Virus record (IMG/VR): IMGVR_UViG_3300036715_002741
Span: 1-52,598 of that record
Direction: 5' to 3' (one strand)
DNA: 52,598 nt
DNA from: a virus
Lineage: Duplodnaviria > Caudoviricetes
Shown here in pieces: positions 36,958 through 45,883 of this stretch. The notes under the pieces were generated by a model, which saw only the letters and a list, made by a program, of their open reading frames with translations, searched no databases and had not been told where the DNA came from. The translations under genes and the position numbers were made by a program. Position 1 is the first letter of the stretch, and the number at the start of each line of letters is the position of its first letter.

Positions 36958-37149
36958 ATGAAAAAATATTATTACGTTTTATGCGACGAATTTGGTACTT
37001 ATAGAATATTTTTCTCAGAAGAAAAGGCAAGAGAAGCCAAAACAAAGTTAAAACTAGAGGATTGCGCAGTATATCAACTTGAATTAAATAAAATTTATTA
37101 TGACATCAACGCAATTCATTATGGGTACAGAGAAAAGGTGAGCGAATGA
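36958..37149 (+). CDS. Hypothetical protein
   Basis: Y.V......IF.SEEKA motif common in small phage proteins; GGAG RBS. Confidence 0.6.
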   Translation: MKKYYYVLCDEFGTYRIFFSEEKAREAKTKLKLEDCAVYQLELNKIYYDINAIHYGYREKVSE

Positions 37150-37331
37150 CCGACAAAATCAAATCCTTGGAAATAATACAGCGCACATCTTATTCATTTG
37201 ATGTGTTCAATGAAGCAACAGGAGATTTTTGCAAAAACTCAAATGAAGCATTGCTTGTTATAGCAAGGAAAATTAATGAAATGATTCAAAAATCAGAGGA
37301 TAGAAGCAGAACAGGACAACGTGAGAGATAA
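37146..37331 (+). CDS. Hypothetical protein
   Basis: ATGA overlap; I..KINE.I motif. Confidence 0.55.
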   Translation: MTDKIKSLEIIQRTSYSFDVFNEATGDFCKNSNEALLVIARKINEMIQKSEDRSRTGQRER

Positions 37332-37375
37332 TTTGACTAATGTATTTACATTCATAAAAGAGAGAAAATAAACAA

Positions 37376-37609
37376 ATGAAAGATATTGCTTTTTGGAAGG
37401 AATATTGGAAAGAAAATTCTATTGGAAAAAGTATCCATAATGTAGATGATGCTGAAAACAGTTTAAAACTTATGAACTCAAAATCCTCAAAAGAGATATT
37501 GGAAAAAGTTCAAATGATGCTAACCAATATTGAAAACTTAAAAGCAGAACTGGATAGAACCAATAAATTACTTATGAGCAAAGAAAGCATTTGGAAATCT
37601 TATGCTTAA
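37376..37609 (+). CDS. Hypothetical coiled-coil protein
   Basis: 77-aa ORF. Confidence 0.55.
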   Translation: MKDIAFWKEYWKENSIGKSIHNVDDAENSLKLMNSKSSKEILEKVQMMLTNIENLKAELDRTNKLLMSKESIWKSYA

Positions 37610-37619
37610 TATTTGTTTA

Positions 37620-38450
37620 TTATTCCAAGCTCTCCACTGATTCGCACCTACAATTCATGATGTTTTCATCGCTGGCGCCTAAATCATCATCTCTGGGTTC
37701 CATTAACTCCTCGCCATCCACAACAAAAGGCTCATCATAATTCACTTCTTGCCCGTCGGCGTCCGCATGAGCTGGTCTTGTATGCTCGTCTAATATTGCA
37801 ATCCACGTTTTAGTCATTTTATAATCAGCTATTGTTGTTCCGTCCTCAAACTCCGCATCCGTATCTTGTAGCGCGTCTATTTCGCTCGATTTTCCATCAT
37901 CAGCCGCAATCCCTGTTTCCATAGCTGAAATCAAATCAAGTCTTCCTTCGCTTGTTTCCTCAAATTTATTAGAGATATTCTCGGCTATATCGCTATGAGA
38001 CAATACAATCCCTGTCAGAGCTGCACCTACTATTGCTTCTTTGATGTAGTCGGAAAAGTTATTGCTAGTAGTATCTGCTATCGAATCAGCTGCAAAGTCG
38101 CTTCTTTCATCCGCATCGTTTTCAATATCGTCGGCGATTATCGCATCAAGCTTGTAATCGTTTTTAACGGGCTTAAATCCATCGCGAAGGTTGGTTGAGG
38201 TCTGCGTTGCGGTGTCAATATAATGGTCGTTTATTATGCCTTTTACGGCCTCCCTGTGCTTATTAAAACTAGGTAGCTTCCCAGTGTTGGAGTATGCTTT
38301 TTTAACTTGCGCTCCTACCTGCTTAAAGTGAGGTTTGAGGGTTTTTTTTAACTTTTGTTCTTGCGCTAACTTAAAAGCAAGCATTGACGCAGCAGCTAAG
38401 TGCTTGTCCTTTTTGGTGACATTATGACTATCTTTTGCATCATTTGCCAT
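37620..38450 (-). CDS. Minor head protein, MuF/SPP1 gp7-like
   Basis: KTW...D..TR.AH..ADGQ...F.V.GE.LM.P.D...NCRC. Confidence 0.85.
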   Translation of the reverse strand: MANDAKDSHNVTKKDKHLAAASMLAFKLAQEQKLKKTLKPHFKQVGAQVKKAYSNTGKLPSFNKHREAVKGIINDHYIDTATQTSTNLRDGFKPVKNDYKLDAIIADDIENDADERSDFAADSIADTTSNNFSDYIKEAIVGAALTGIVLSHSDIAENISNKFEETSEGRLDLISAMETGIAADDGKSSEIDALQDTDAEFEDGTTIADYKMTKTWIAILDEHTRPAHADADGQEVNYDEPFVVDGEELMEPRDDDLGASDENIMNCRCESVESLE

Positions 38451-38454
38451 ACGC

Positions 38455-39918
38455 TTATGTAAGCTTACGCTTATCTGCTATCTTGTTTATTTCTTCGTCC
38501 GTGAAAACCCTATTACCATCAGCGTCGACTTTGGCTTGTAATACGCTAACAAATCTAGCCCTAGATGTTTTATTACTAGATCCTAGTTTTTCATCATTTC
38601 CACCAACATTATCTAACGCCGGCAGATCATCATAATTAGGCAATATACTTTCGTCGTCTGGATCGGTAGCCATAGGAATCTGCGAAGATTGACCATAGAT
38701 AGCATTACCTCCAACTAGCGGATCAGCCCCAACCTTAGCGCGTAATTGATTAATGGTGAATATTCCCATATCTTTAAGCACCTTCAGTTGCTCGTTCCGT
38801 CTTGGTTCGAGCGCAATAATATCTCCCTCATCGTAAGTCAAAATCAAATTATCATTATTCCCATAACGAGGCAAAAGAAAGTTCGAAAGCTCATTAAAAA
38901 TTCTATTAGCGATAGGCAATACGGCGTTATCATAAAACATAAGCATAGAGCGCGTAACGTTATCAAGAGTCATGGTTTCGGTATTTACCAAAGCCAATGG
39001 TATCTTGAGATTTTTGTAAATGGCATTAGCAACCTCCTTTTTAAGCTCCAAGAAATCCATGTCCTTATTGCTCATTGATTGATTATCGTATTTAAAGCCT
39101 CCATTTAAAAACATCACCCTCCCTGCATTGCTAGAGCCGCTATGTGCTCTCTCTATCTGTTCTTGTATCTTCGCAGCAATATCATCATCAACCGGTGGAT
39201 CAAGCGTTAAAATACCGCTAGTAGTGGCGCCACGTTCTAGCACTGATAGATTATGCCTGTTAGCACTTTGGTGTTGGTTGATCTCGTAATAAATAGGATT
39301 TAACGGCGACATGCCGTAGATGTTGCCTTGTATGGTGGTAGGGTTGTAATGCTTAATATGCCATATTTCAGAAGTTTTAGCAGGGTTATAATATCGAAAT
39401 CTATTATTCACTTCATTGCGATTATAAGTGTACGTGCCCCAATACAACGTGGTCATCATGGTTTGCACAAAACCATCTGACCCGGGAATAAGACTAACTG
39501 CTTGTGAAGGATAACAATACAATTCTTTGGGTGGGGCTCCAGGCTTGCCAGAAGCCACACAATACGCATCTCCTGTGACCAAAAAAAAACTAACCATAGC
39601 GTAAATGAATTCTTCCCAGGAAATATCAGCATTTGGAAGCTTTAACAAATCAAGGAGTGGGTGTTTTTTAACCCAAATTTCTTGTTCTTTATCATAAATC
39701 TTTGGCGGCATTGCTGATATTGCCGTAGCTATCATATCAATAGCATTATAAAGCGGGGAGCATTTGCTATAATAACTTACTGCCAAAACCTTGGTTATGA
39801 GATAGTTTTGTGAATTGGAATAGTAATCATATAAATTGCCAAAATCCCATGCTGTATCTAAAGGTGAGGCGCTCTTTTTTTCTTGTTTTTTGCTGAAAAA
39901 CTTATTTAGTAGTTTCAT
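38455..39918 (-). CDS. Portal protein, HK97 family
   Basis: HPL..LL..PN, G.AY, YGMSP, G..NAG....L.GG, DMDFLE. Confidence 0.92.
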   Translation of the reverse strand: MKLLNKFFSKKQEKKSASPLDTAWDFGNLYDYYSNSQNYLITKVLAVSYYSKCSPLYNAIDMIATAISAMPPKIYDKEQEIWVKKHPLLDLLKLPNADISWEEFIYAMVSFFLVTGDAYCVASGKPGAPPKELYCYPSQAVSLIPGSDGFVQTMMTTLYWGTYTYNRNEVNNRFRYYNPAKTSEIWHIKHYNPTTIQGNIYGMSPLNPIYYEINQHQSANRHNLSVLERGATTSGILTLDPPVDDDIAAKIQEQIERAHSGSSNAGRVMFLNGGFKYDNQSMSNKDMDFLELKKEVANAIYKNLKIPLALVNTETMTLDNVTRSMLMFYDNAVLPIANRIFNELSNFLLPRYGNNDNLILTYDEGDIIALEPRRNEQLKVLKDMGIFTINQLRAKVGADPLVGGNAIYGQSSQIPMATDPDDESILPNYDDLPALDNVGGNDEKLGSSNKTSRARFVSVLQAKVDADGNRVFTDEEINKIADKRKLT

Positions 39919-39928
39919 GTTTTGATTG

Positions 39929-42415
39929 TCACATTCTTATAAAAGAAACTGAAGGGGTTATATTTTGTCGTTCATTATTAAGTATTATAGCTAATGCGTC
40001 ACAATTTGAAACGAGAAATTTATTTGCATAATATACACCATCTTTGTCAACAGTTATATTATAAACTTTTTGCTTTTCTATTTTGCCAGTTAAGCTTTCC
40101 CGCACAAACTCTTCCACAAGTGTTGCCGCCTTTGTTTCCTCCAAAAATCTTTTTTTCAAAAGATCGAGAGCAAATACAACATTTTGCTTGTATGATTTTA
40201 TTTTTAAACTTATAGCACCACTTTTGATAGCATGATGACGAACAAAATCTTCTTTCGAGATTCTTTGCCTTACGCTTACTTTGAAAACTTTTTTTACAAA
40301 ACTCACAAAAGTATTCTTGCTTTTTAAGCCCACCAAACACCTTTTTAGCATGTTCTCTATGCCAAGCTTTCCCCTCGTCACTTCCATGCCACAATGCGGC
40401 TTTTCCTCTAATTTTTGCGAGATGCTTAAGGTGCTCTTTTGTTGTTTCTTGTCCTTTTCTCTTTTCAGCATGTAACGCCAAATGTTCGCTCCTTGAAATA
40501 CGCTCCAAGTTGCTGTAGTCGTTATTAAAACAATCACCATCTTTATGATGAATAATATCATTTTTTTGTACTTTTTTGCCGCTATAAAATTCCCAAATTG
40601 CAACATGCAATCCTTTGGGACGCTTTCTGCCATCATTGGTTGTAGATTGGCTGAGATAATACCTTCCCGTCCCCATAAGTCTATATTGTTTTCCATCAAA
40701 TACAATAATTTTTTGTATCGCCATAATATCAATCCCCCTAAAGACATGATATCAGCATTCGAGTTCATCATCAACGCATCAGCTCGAACAAAACCTGTTT
40801 CTCTTATGAAAAATGGGTGATTATACGTAACAATTGTGTTTTTATAATCCATCACTTCTCTAATTCCAGTGCACTCAGCTTTCAAAACTTTTCTAACGCC
40901 AAAAGGAGTGATTACGAAATCATTGCAATTTACATTTTCTATGTTTTTCATTCCCCATAATGTTGAAATTTTTGTTCCTGCGGCAAAACACACATCATCA
41001 TGCTCACCGTTTGGGAAGTTCGAGCATTCTTCAATAAAAATATCCAACCAAGGGGCTCCCTCAGGCAATAGCACGTTCCCCGCCTCAATAATTGGGGTGA
41101 CAGGCAATACTTTAGCTACCTTATCTTTACCGTGCGCACTAATAGGGATTACACGATTTTGATATCTGGCTATGCTTTTCATTTCGCTGATTAGCGGTGT
41201 GCCATTGGATGCATCCTCAATATACATTTTAAAAGGATTATATTTGTCTGTTTGCTCTATAAAATCACGCTTTGCTTGTGGAAATTCAACGCGTTTGCGA
41301 TACATATCTAAGATGTAAAGTTTATTCCCAACTTTCTTGCCCGTAATCCCTACCGTGAAATCGTTGCTGCTTTTTATTTTAGCCGCAAAATCCCAACCGC
41401 TTACAACTTTACCTTGTGTTGGCAAATCCTCTTTGCGGTAAAATTTCCAATATTCTCGCTTTAAAATTTCTCCTTCTTGCACGCTTGGACGTTGCAAATA
41501 TTGTGTAGCATATCCACGCGCACCCATCATTTCCTTAAGCTGCCTCAATGATTCCCCCTGAAACTTTGGGATATCCCAGAGTATCTGCCCTTTTTCTGCG
41601 CGAGGATCGGCATATAAATCGCTTTTGAATGCGTCCGCAGGATCATATTCGTGGGATAAGTTTATATGTACGCAGTTTTTTAATGGCAAGAATATTGTGT
41701 GATAATCATTGTGCCCTAAACGCTGTCCAATAATGGCCATTCGCATTTTAGACATCACGTCTTGTCGATTATATAGAGTTTGGCGTAAATAATCATTAAC
41801 CCGCAAAAGATCAGCTGCTGAATTAGCTTGCGATACGCTCATAGCGTCATCAAATAGGATTATATCGCCTCTATGCCCTGTGGTTCCGCTACCAGTTGAT
41901 ATTGCTATACGATAACCTTTTTTGTTGTTTAAATAGTTTCCTTTGGTGTTCTGGTCGGACGTTAGAATAAAGTTATTGCCCCAAAAATCTTGGAACCAGT
42001 TACTTTGGATAAGATATCGACTTTTAAGAGTGTCCCTAATCGCCAAGCCTATCTCATGAGAACCAGTAAGAAATCTAACCGAGGGATCTTTAATCCAAAC
42101 CCAAGCAGGAAATAGAACTGATACTACAAGGCTTTTGGCGTGGGCAGGAGGGATTGTAATGTCGAGAAGCTCTAGCTTAAACTCAAACAATGCTTGCAAA
42201 TGGACGCACAAACATTCTATGTGCCAATTGTCTTGATAGGGGGTGGAATCTATTACATGCCAAGCAGCCTTTACAAATTCATAAAAAGAATTCTCATAGA
42301 TCAGCTTTTCAGCGTCTCTACTCCTCTTCCTCAACTCCAAGACTGCTAAGGCTCTGTCCTGCAACGATGGCGCGCAATTCATCGTCTGTAAGTTTTGTAA
42401 AATCGACTTTTGCAT
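39929..42415 (-). CDS. terL: Terminase large subunit containing an intein
   Basis: PP.HAKS Walker A variant; TG.RG....DD Walker B; YLQRP; WDFA; splicing restores FPNG.HDDV/CDAL; start may be 42382. Confidence 0.92.
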   Translation of the reverse strand: MQKSILQNLQTMNCAPSLQDRALAVLELRKRSRDAEKLIYENSFYEFVKAAWHVIDSTPYQDNWHIECLCVHLQALFEFKLELLDITIPPAHAKSLVVSVLFPAWVWIKDPSVRFLTGSHEIGLAIRDTLKSRYLIQSNWFQDFWGNNFILTSDQNTKGNYLNNKKGYRIAISTGSGTTGHRGDIILFDDAMSVSQANSAADLLRVNDYLRQTLYNRQDVMSKMRMAIIGQRLGHNDYHTIFLPLKNCVHINLSHEYDPADAFKSDLYADPRAEKGQILWDIPKFQGESLRQLKEMMGARGYATQYLQRPSVQEGEILKREYWKFYRKEDLPTQGKVVSGWDFAAKIKSSNDFTVGITGKKVGNKLYILDMYRKRVEFPQAKRDFIEQTDKYNPFKMYIEDASNGTPLISEMKSIARYQNRVIPISAHGKDKVAKVLPVTPIIEAGNVLLPEGAPWLDIFIEECSNFPNGEHDDVCFAAGTKISTLWGMKNIENVNCNDFVITPFGVRKVLKAECTGIREVMDYKNTIVTYNHPFFIRETGFVRADALMMNSNADIMSLGGLILWRYKKLLYLMENNIDLWGREGIISANLQPMMAESVPKDCMLQFGNFIAAKKYKKMILFIIKMVIVLITTTATWSVFQGANIWRYMLKREKDKKQQKSTLSISQKLEEKPHCGMEVTRGKLGIENMLKRCLVGLKSKNTFVSFVKKVFKVSVRQRISKEDFVRHHAIKSGAISLKIKSYKQNVVFALDLLKKRFLEETKAATLVEEFVRESLTGKIEKQKVYNITVDKDGVYYANKFLVSNCDALAIILNNERQNITPSVSFIRM
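40004..40990 (-). mobile_element. Intein (329 aa) in the TerL nuclease motif
   Basis: Block A CFAAGTKI; block B VTYNHPF; block F VYNITVD; block G FLVSN followed by Cys+1. Confidence 0.9.
40059..40724 (-). CDS. HNH homing endonuclease with Zn-finger tail, overprinted out of frame inside the intein
   Basis: LHVAIWE...IHHKDGDCFNNDYSNL...EH; CxxC/CxxxC motifs; AGGGGG RBS. Confidence 0.88.
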   Translation of the reverse strand: MAIQKIIVFDGKQYRLMGTGRYYLSQSTTNDGRKRPKGLHVAIWEFYSGKKVQKNDIIHHKDGDCFNNDYSNLERISRSEHLALHAEKRKGQETTKEHLKHLAKIRGKAALWHGSDEGKAWHREHAKKVFGGLKKQEYFCEFCKKSFQSKRKAKNLERRFCSSSCYQKWCYKFKNKIIQAKCCICSRSFEKKIFGGNKGGNTCGRVCAGKLNWQNRKAKSL

Positions 42416-42800
42416 TGATGTTTAATTGCCCAGAATGCTCAATTTGTGATTTTTCATAGTATCCGCGTTTTTTCCCTCGACATTTGAGATGAAATATTAT
42501 AGCGGCAGGGTTTTTGTCTTGTATGAGTTCGTAAAGTTTTCCCTCAACAAAATCTACTGCTATGTTTTCTACATCGTCAATGGCCGCTTTAAATTCTGCG
42601 TCTTCCGCGTACCAGCGATAAAAAGTACATCTTTCTATATTGGCTATACGACAAGCCTTGGTAACAATCCCCATTTGGCTTTTCATCGCCTCAATCACTG
42701 CTTTTTTCCGCATAGCATTTTGATTGCCTAAAAGTTTAGCCTTTGAGATTTTTTCACCCGTTTTATTTTTGTATGTCTTATCGCGCTTCATAATTATCAA
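42318..42800 (-). CDS. terS: Terminase small subunit (HTH)
   Basis: G.V..AC....I.R.TFY.W...D..F, AIIF.LK..GK.RGY; upstream of terL. Confidence 0.85.
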   Translation of the reverse strand: MIIMKRDKTYKNKTGEKISKAKLLGNQNAMRKKAVIEAMKSQMGIVTKACRIANIERCTFYRWYAEDAEFKAAIDDVENIAVDFVEGKLYELIQDKNPAAIIFHLKCRGKKRGYYEKSQIEHSGQLNINAKVDFTKLTDDELRAIVAGQSLSSLGVEEEE

Positions 42801-42923
42801 ATTATGACAGTTTTTAATTAAAAATACAAATATTATTGTGGAATAACCTTAATTTTGGAATAAAGTTTTACTTATCTTAGGGGTATCTTATAGTTAATTT
42901 TTTATATAATATTAAAACATTGC

Positions 42924-42952
42924 TTGACTCGATAACGTATCAGTGTTATTAT
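42924..42952 (+). promoter_or_regulatory. Sigma70 promoter of the inserted + strand cassette
   Basis: TTGACT-17nt-TATTAT with TGn. Confidence 0.6.
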
Positions 42953-42994
42953 GTATCTATCTTAAATACATTAATTAATCACGAGGATTAAACC

Positions 42995-43426
42995 ATGAAA
43001 ATATCAGTTAAAACTTTAAACAAGAATCTTATAATTGTTGACACAGATAATCATAAAGTAAATATTCCCCATTTACAAATAACAAATTTCAATATTGGCG
43101 TCCCATCGATATCACCCGATTATTATCAATTTTGCGCTTTTGCCCCCAACAAACCGTTAATCTATATACGATTAAACGTTGACGCAGGAGCGTCATTAAC
43201 AAAACAATTATTTCCTCGTCAATTTCCCTTGCGCAATCACATCAAAACTATTAAGGATTTAAATAAAAATCAATTAATCCAAATGCATTTAGATTTTTTA
43301 GAAAATGAAGGCTATATCGATGGAGAAGAATATAACACATTTGAAAAATACGCCAAAGCTAAGTTGAATTTTAAAATTAAACTTTCCCAAACCCCATTCC
43401 AAAAAGGTGATGAATATGCAGATTAA
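42995..43426 (+). CDS. Hypothetical protein
   Basis: GAGGA RBS; 143 aa. Confidence 0.6.
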   Translation: MKISVKTLNKNLIIVDTDNHKVNIPHLQITNFNIGVPSISPDYYQFCAFAPNKPLIYIRLNVDAGASLTKQLFPRQFPLRNHIKTIKDLNKNQLIQMHLDFLENEGYIDGEEYNTFEKYAKAKLNFKIKLSQTPFQKGDEYAD

Positions 43427-43601
43427 TTCAGAAATAGGGCGAACATTACAAAACGCTAGAATACGCAAACAAAAAACATGCCCAATTTGTAAAAAGATTT
43501 TTATAGGAATAACCATTTCCAAAACTTGCAGCAACGCTTGTAAATGTAAATTATATAGATTTAATAAAATTAAGACAAAAAAGGAGAAAATGAAAGCATG
43601 A
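43416..43601 (+). CDS. Small zinc-finger protein
   Basis: CPIC...F......CSNAC; start MQINS with AGGTG RBS. Confidence 0.6.
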   Translation: MQINSEIGRTLQNARIRKQKTCPICKKIFIGITISKTCSNACKCKLYRFNKIKTKKEKMKA

Positions 43602-43942
43602 AATGTTTATCAATACAACAACCTTACGCGGATTTAATTGCTAATGGAATTAAAACAATAGAATGCCGATCTTGGCAAACTTCCTATCGAGGTGATATTT
43701 TGATTTGTTCCACCAAAAAACCATTTGAAGATTATTTATTGGGACATGCAATTTGTATCGTAACTATTTGTGATATCGTTGAAATGCAACGAGAACATTA
43801 TAAACAAGCTTGTATAAGTAAATTATTTCCATATGCTTGGAAATTAATTAATCCGAAAAAAATAAATCCCTTCCCAATAAAAGGTCAACAAGGTTTTTTT
43901 GAATTGCCTATAAATTTAAAAGATGCTGTAATTCTATTGTAG
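43598..43942 (+). CDS. ASCH domain protein
   Basis: LSIQQPYA.LI..G.KTIECRSW.T.YRG...I. Confidence 0.85.
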   Translation: MKCLSIQQPYADLIANGIKTIECRSWQTSYRGDILICSTKKPFEDYLLGHAICIVTICDIVEMQREHYKQACISKLFPYAWKLINPKKINPFPIKGQQGFFELPINLKDAVILL

Positions 43943-44979
43943 GCAGATTGAAATTTATTTTTATAATTATTGTTACATTTCCCTAAAATTTTAGGAGCAC
44001 TATACATTATCCAATTTGGGCTTTTCATTCTGTGAAAAATCATGGCGGGATGACTTGTTACACTTTGATAACCAAAGCCTTGATCTAAACAATATTGCCC
44101 AACAAAATTTGACAAGATATTCCCTATCCCTATTCCTTGATAATCTGGCAAAACAACTGTTCTATGCTCTCTTTTTGTGTTTTTTAAATGTGGATGTTGA
44201 AAATGAATATAACTAGAAAAAGCGCATGGATTGTCATTTATTAAAGCCACAAAACATTGCGCAGAATTAGATAATACACCACTCAAATAGTGATGGCTTT
44301 TAAACATTTGCCAGAGAGAACGTGAGCATTTATAGATTTCCAGTTGAATTTGAGGTCGCTGAAGACACCCCCGAAAATATTGATTGGAGCCTACATCATA
44401 ATACCAATCTGGCTGAAGCCATTCGATAATATCATAATGACAACTAACCGCTACAATCTTCTTTTTATTTTTACGAATATTTTTTTGAATAGCTGCGCAT
44501 CCAATTTGCGCTACATTTCTGTCTACCACTGAAGTAAATTCGTCAACAATAGTTAATTGGTTTTTCGACATTAAAATTCTAGCCATTTCAGCTCTAAATT
44601 TTTGCCCATTAGAAAGTTTATCAAAAGGCAATAACCAAGATGGAGGCGATGAAAATCCAACGTGCGACAAAGCATTTACAATATCGTTAATATCTAATTC
44701 TTTTGGGAAATCATCGAGAAAAGAAGTTTTTCCCCATTGAAATCCATTATGATAATTTTCTTCTCCAAATATTTTTTTAGATAAAATTGTTTTCCCTGCC
44801 CCAGATGCCCCAACAATCAACCCAATATTCCAATCGTCATTTAATTCCTCAATAGGTAAATCAACATTCCATTCTTTATAAAGTTTTTCTTGAGGAGGTA
44901 AATCAAACAATCCAGCTATTTTAGCTGAACGAAAAGATTCAATATAAGGAGTTTCTATTTTATAATTAAATTTTGGCAT
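43885..44979 (-). CDS. ABC-ATPase / GNAT acetyltransferase fusion (predicted nucleic-acid modification enzyme)
   Basis: GASGAGKT, LSNGQ, IVDEF, SCH; GNAT motif VVLPDYQGIGIG; no TM segments. Confidence 0.85.
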   Translation of the reverse strand: MPKFNYKIETPYIESFRSAKIAGLFDLPPQEKLYKEWNVDLPIEELNDDWNIGLIVGASGAGKTILSKKIFGEENYHNGFQWGKTSFLDDFPKELDINDIVNALSHVGFSSPPSWLLPFDKLSNGQKFRAEMARILMSKNQLTIVDEFTSVVDRNVAQIGCAAIQKNIRKNKKKIVAVSCHYDIIEWLQPDWYYDVGSNQYFRGCLQRPQIQLEIYKCSRSLWQMFKSHHYLSGVLSNSAQCFVALINDNPCAFSSYIHFQHPHLKNTKREHRTVVLPDYQGIGIGNILSNFVGQYCLDQGFGYQSVTSHPAMIFHRMKSPNWIMYSAPKILGKCNNNYKNKFQSAYNRITASFKFIGNSKKPC

Positions 44980-44982
44980 TGT

Positions 44983-45528
44983 TTATATTGATAAAATTTT
45001 AAGTTTTGTATATCCCATTTCCTGTAATTGCGAATAAAGTTCTTGCTGTTGTTGCTCATTTTCAACGTCAACAATAATTGCATATTTTTCATGATACGCT
45101 TCTTCAGTATCTTTTGGATCGATTTTTTCTCTAATTACTTCTAATTTCAAATCCGAATCTTTAAAGCCCACGTCTTGCAGTAAATCAATATCAAACGTAG
45201 ACAACAAATCCATGTCCCATTCGCCAGTATTTTTATTACTTCTAAGCATATATTCACTGGCTTCTTCCTTGGTTAGTTCCCTGCTGGGTACGCGCACATC
45301 AATAACTTCTTCCTGTCTCCCTAACTGCCTCATAATATTCAAACGCATGTGACCGGCAAGAATGGTTTGATCGGTGTTAATTGCTGGTATTTCAGCAAGA
45401 TCAAATTTAGATATTGATTTTTTTAATTCTTTGGCTTGCTTGTCTGTTAGTTGTCGAGGGTTGTTTTCGAAAGGGATTAAATCTGAAATCTTGCGTTGTT
45501 GCGTTGACCAAGTTATTTTTTTTGACAT
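44983..45528 (-). CDS. ParB/Srx-like N-terminal domain protein
   Basis: P...NPR....L..SI..F....I.AGH.R....N..GEWD...L. Confidence 0.85.
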   Translation of the reverse strand: MSKKITWSTQQRKISDLIPFENNPRQLTDKQAKELKKSISKFDLAEIPAINTDQTILAGHMRLNIMRQLGRQEEVIDVRVPSRELTKEEASEYMLRSNKNTGEWDMDLLSTFDIDLLQDVGFKDSDLKLEVIREKIDPKDTEEAYHEKYAIIVDVENEQQQQELYSQLQEMGYTKLKILSI

Positions 45529-45840
45529 GTTAGTTTATCACGTTATTAGTATTGATAATAAATAATTTGCGTTTTTTGCGAATATAGCTCTACCCTAAAA
45601 CCAAACACTTTATTAAGTGTTCTTTTAATTCGCTCGCTTCGCTCACTGCCGAAAAGAACCAAACGGCGTTTATTTCAAACCTATTATTTTTTTAATAAAT
45701 TTCAAAATCAAGATTCAAAACAAGCTTTTGTTCTTCCCGCTAGATCAACTACATTTTTTAATTGTGTTTCCTGACTCCTGTCAATAAACCTTTTTTTTGA
45801 GAAAGTAAATAGAAACGATAAATATATTTTTGGAGTTGTG

Positions 45841-45883
45841 CAAAGTTTATACAAATTGATCAAACTTTATACAATTGTATAAA
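45841..45883. promoter_or_regulatory. Direct repeat plus an 18-bp perfect palindrome (candidate protein-binding site)
   Basis: CAAA(G/C)TTTATACAA twice; TTTATACAATTGTATAAA at 45866-45883. Confidence 0.45.

Noticed and set aside
40059-40724. HNH as a group I intron ORF or as a simple frameshift error
   Set aside because: The TerL frame is continuous and flanked by intein motifs, so RNA splicing is not needed; an error would need two compensating indels, and the HNH has its own RBS, ATG and stop.
43885-44979. ABC transporter
   Set aside because: No permease or TM segments; the ATPase is fused to a GNAT domain.
44983-45528. Plasmid partition system
   Set aside because: Only the ParB/Srx N-terminal domain is present; no HTH and no ParA recognised.
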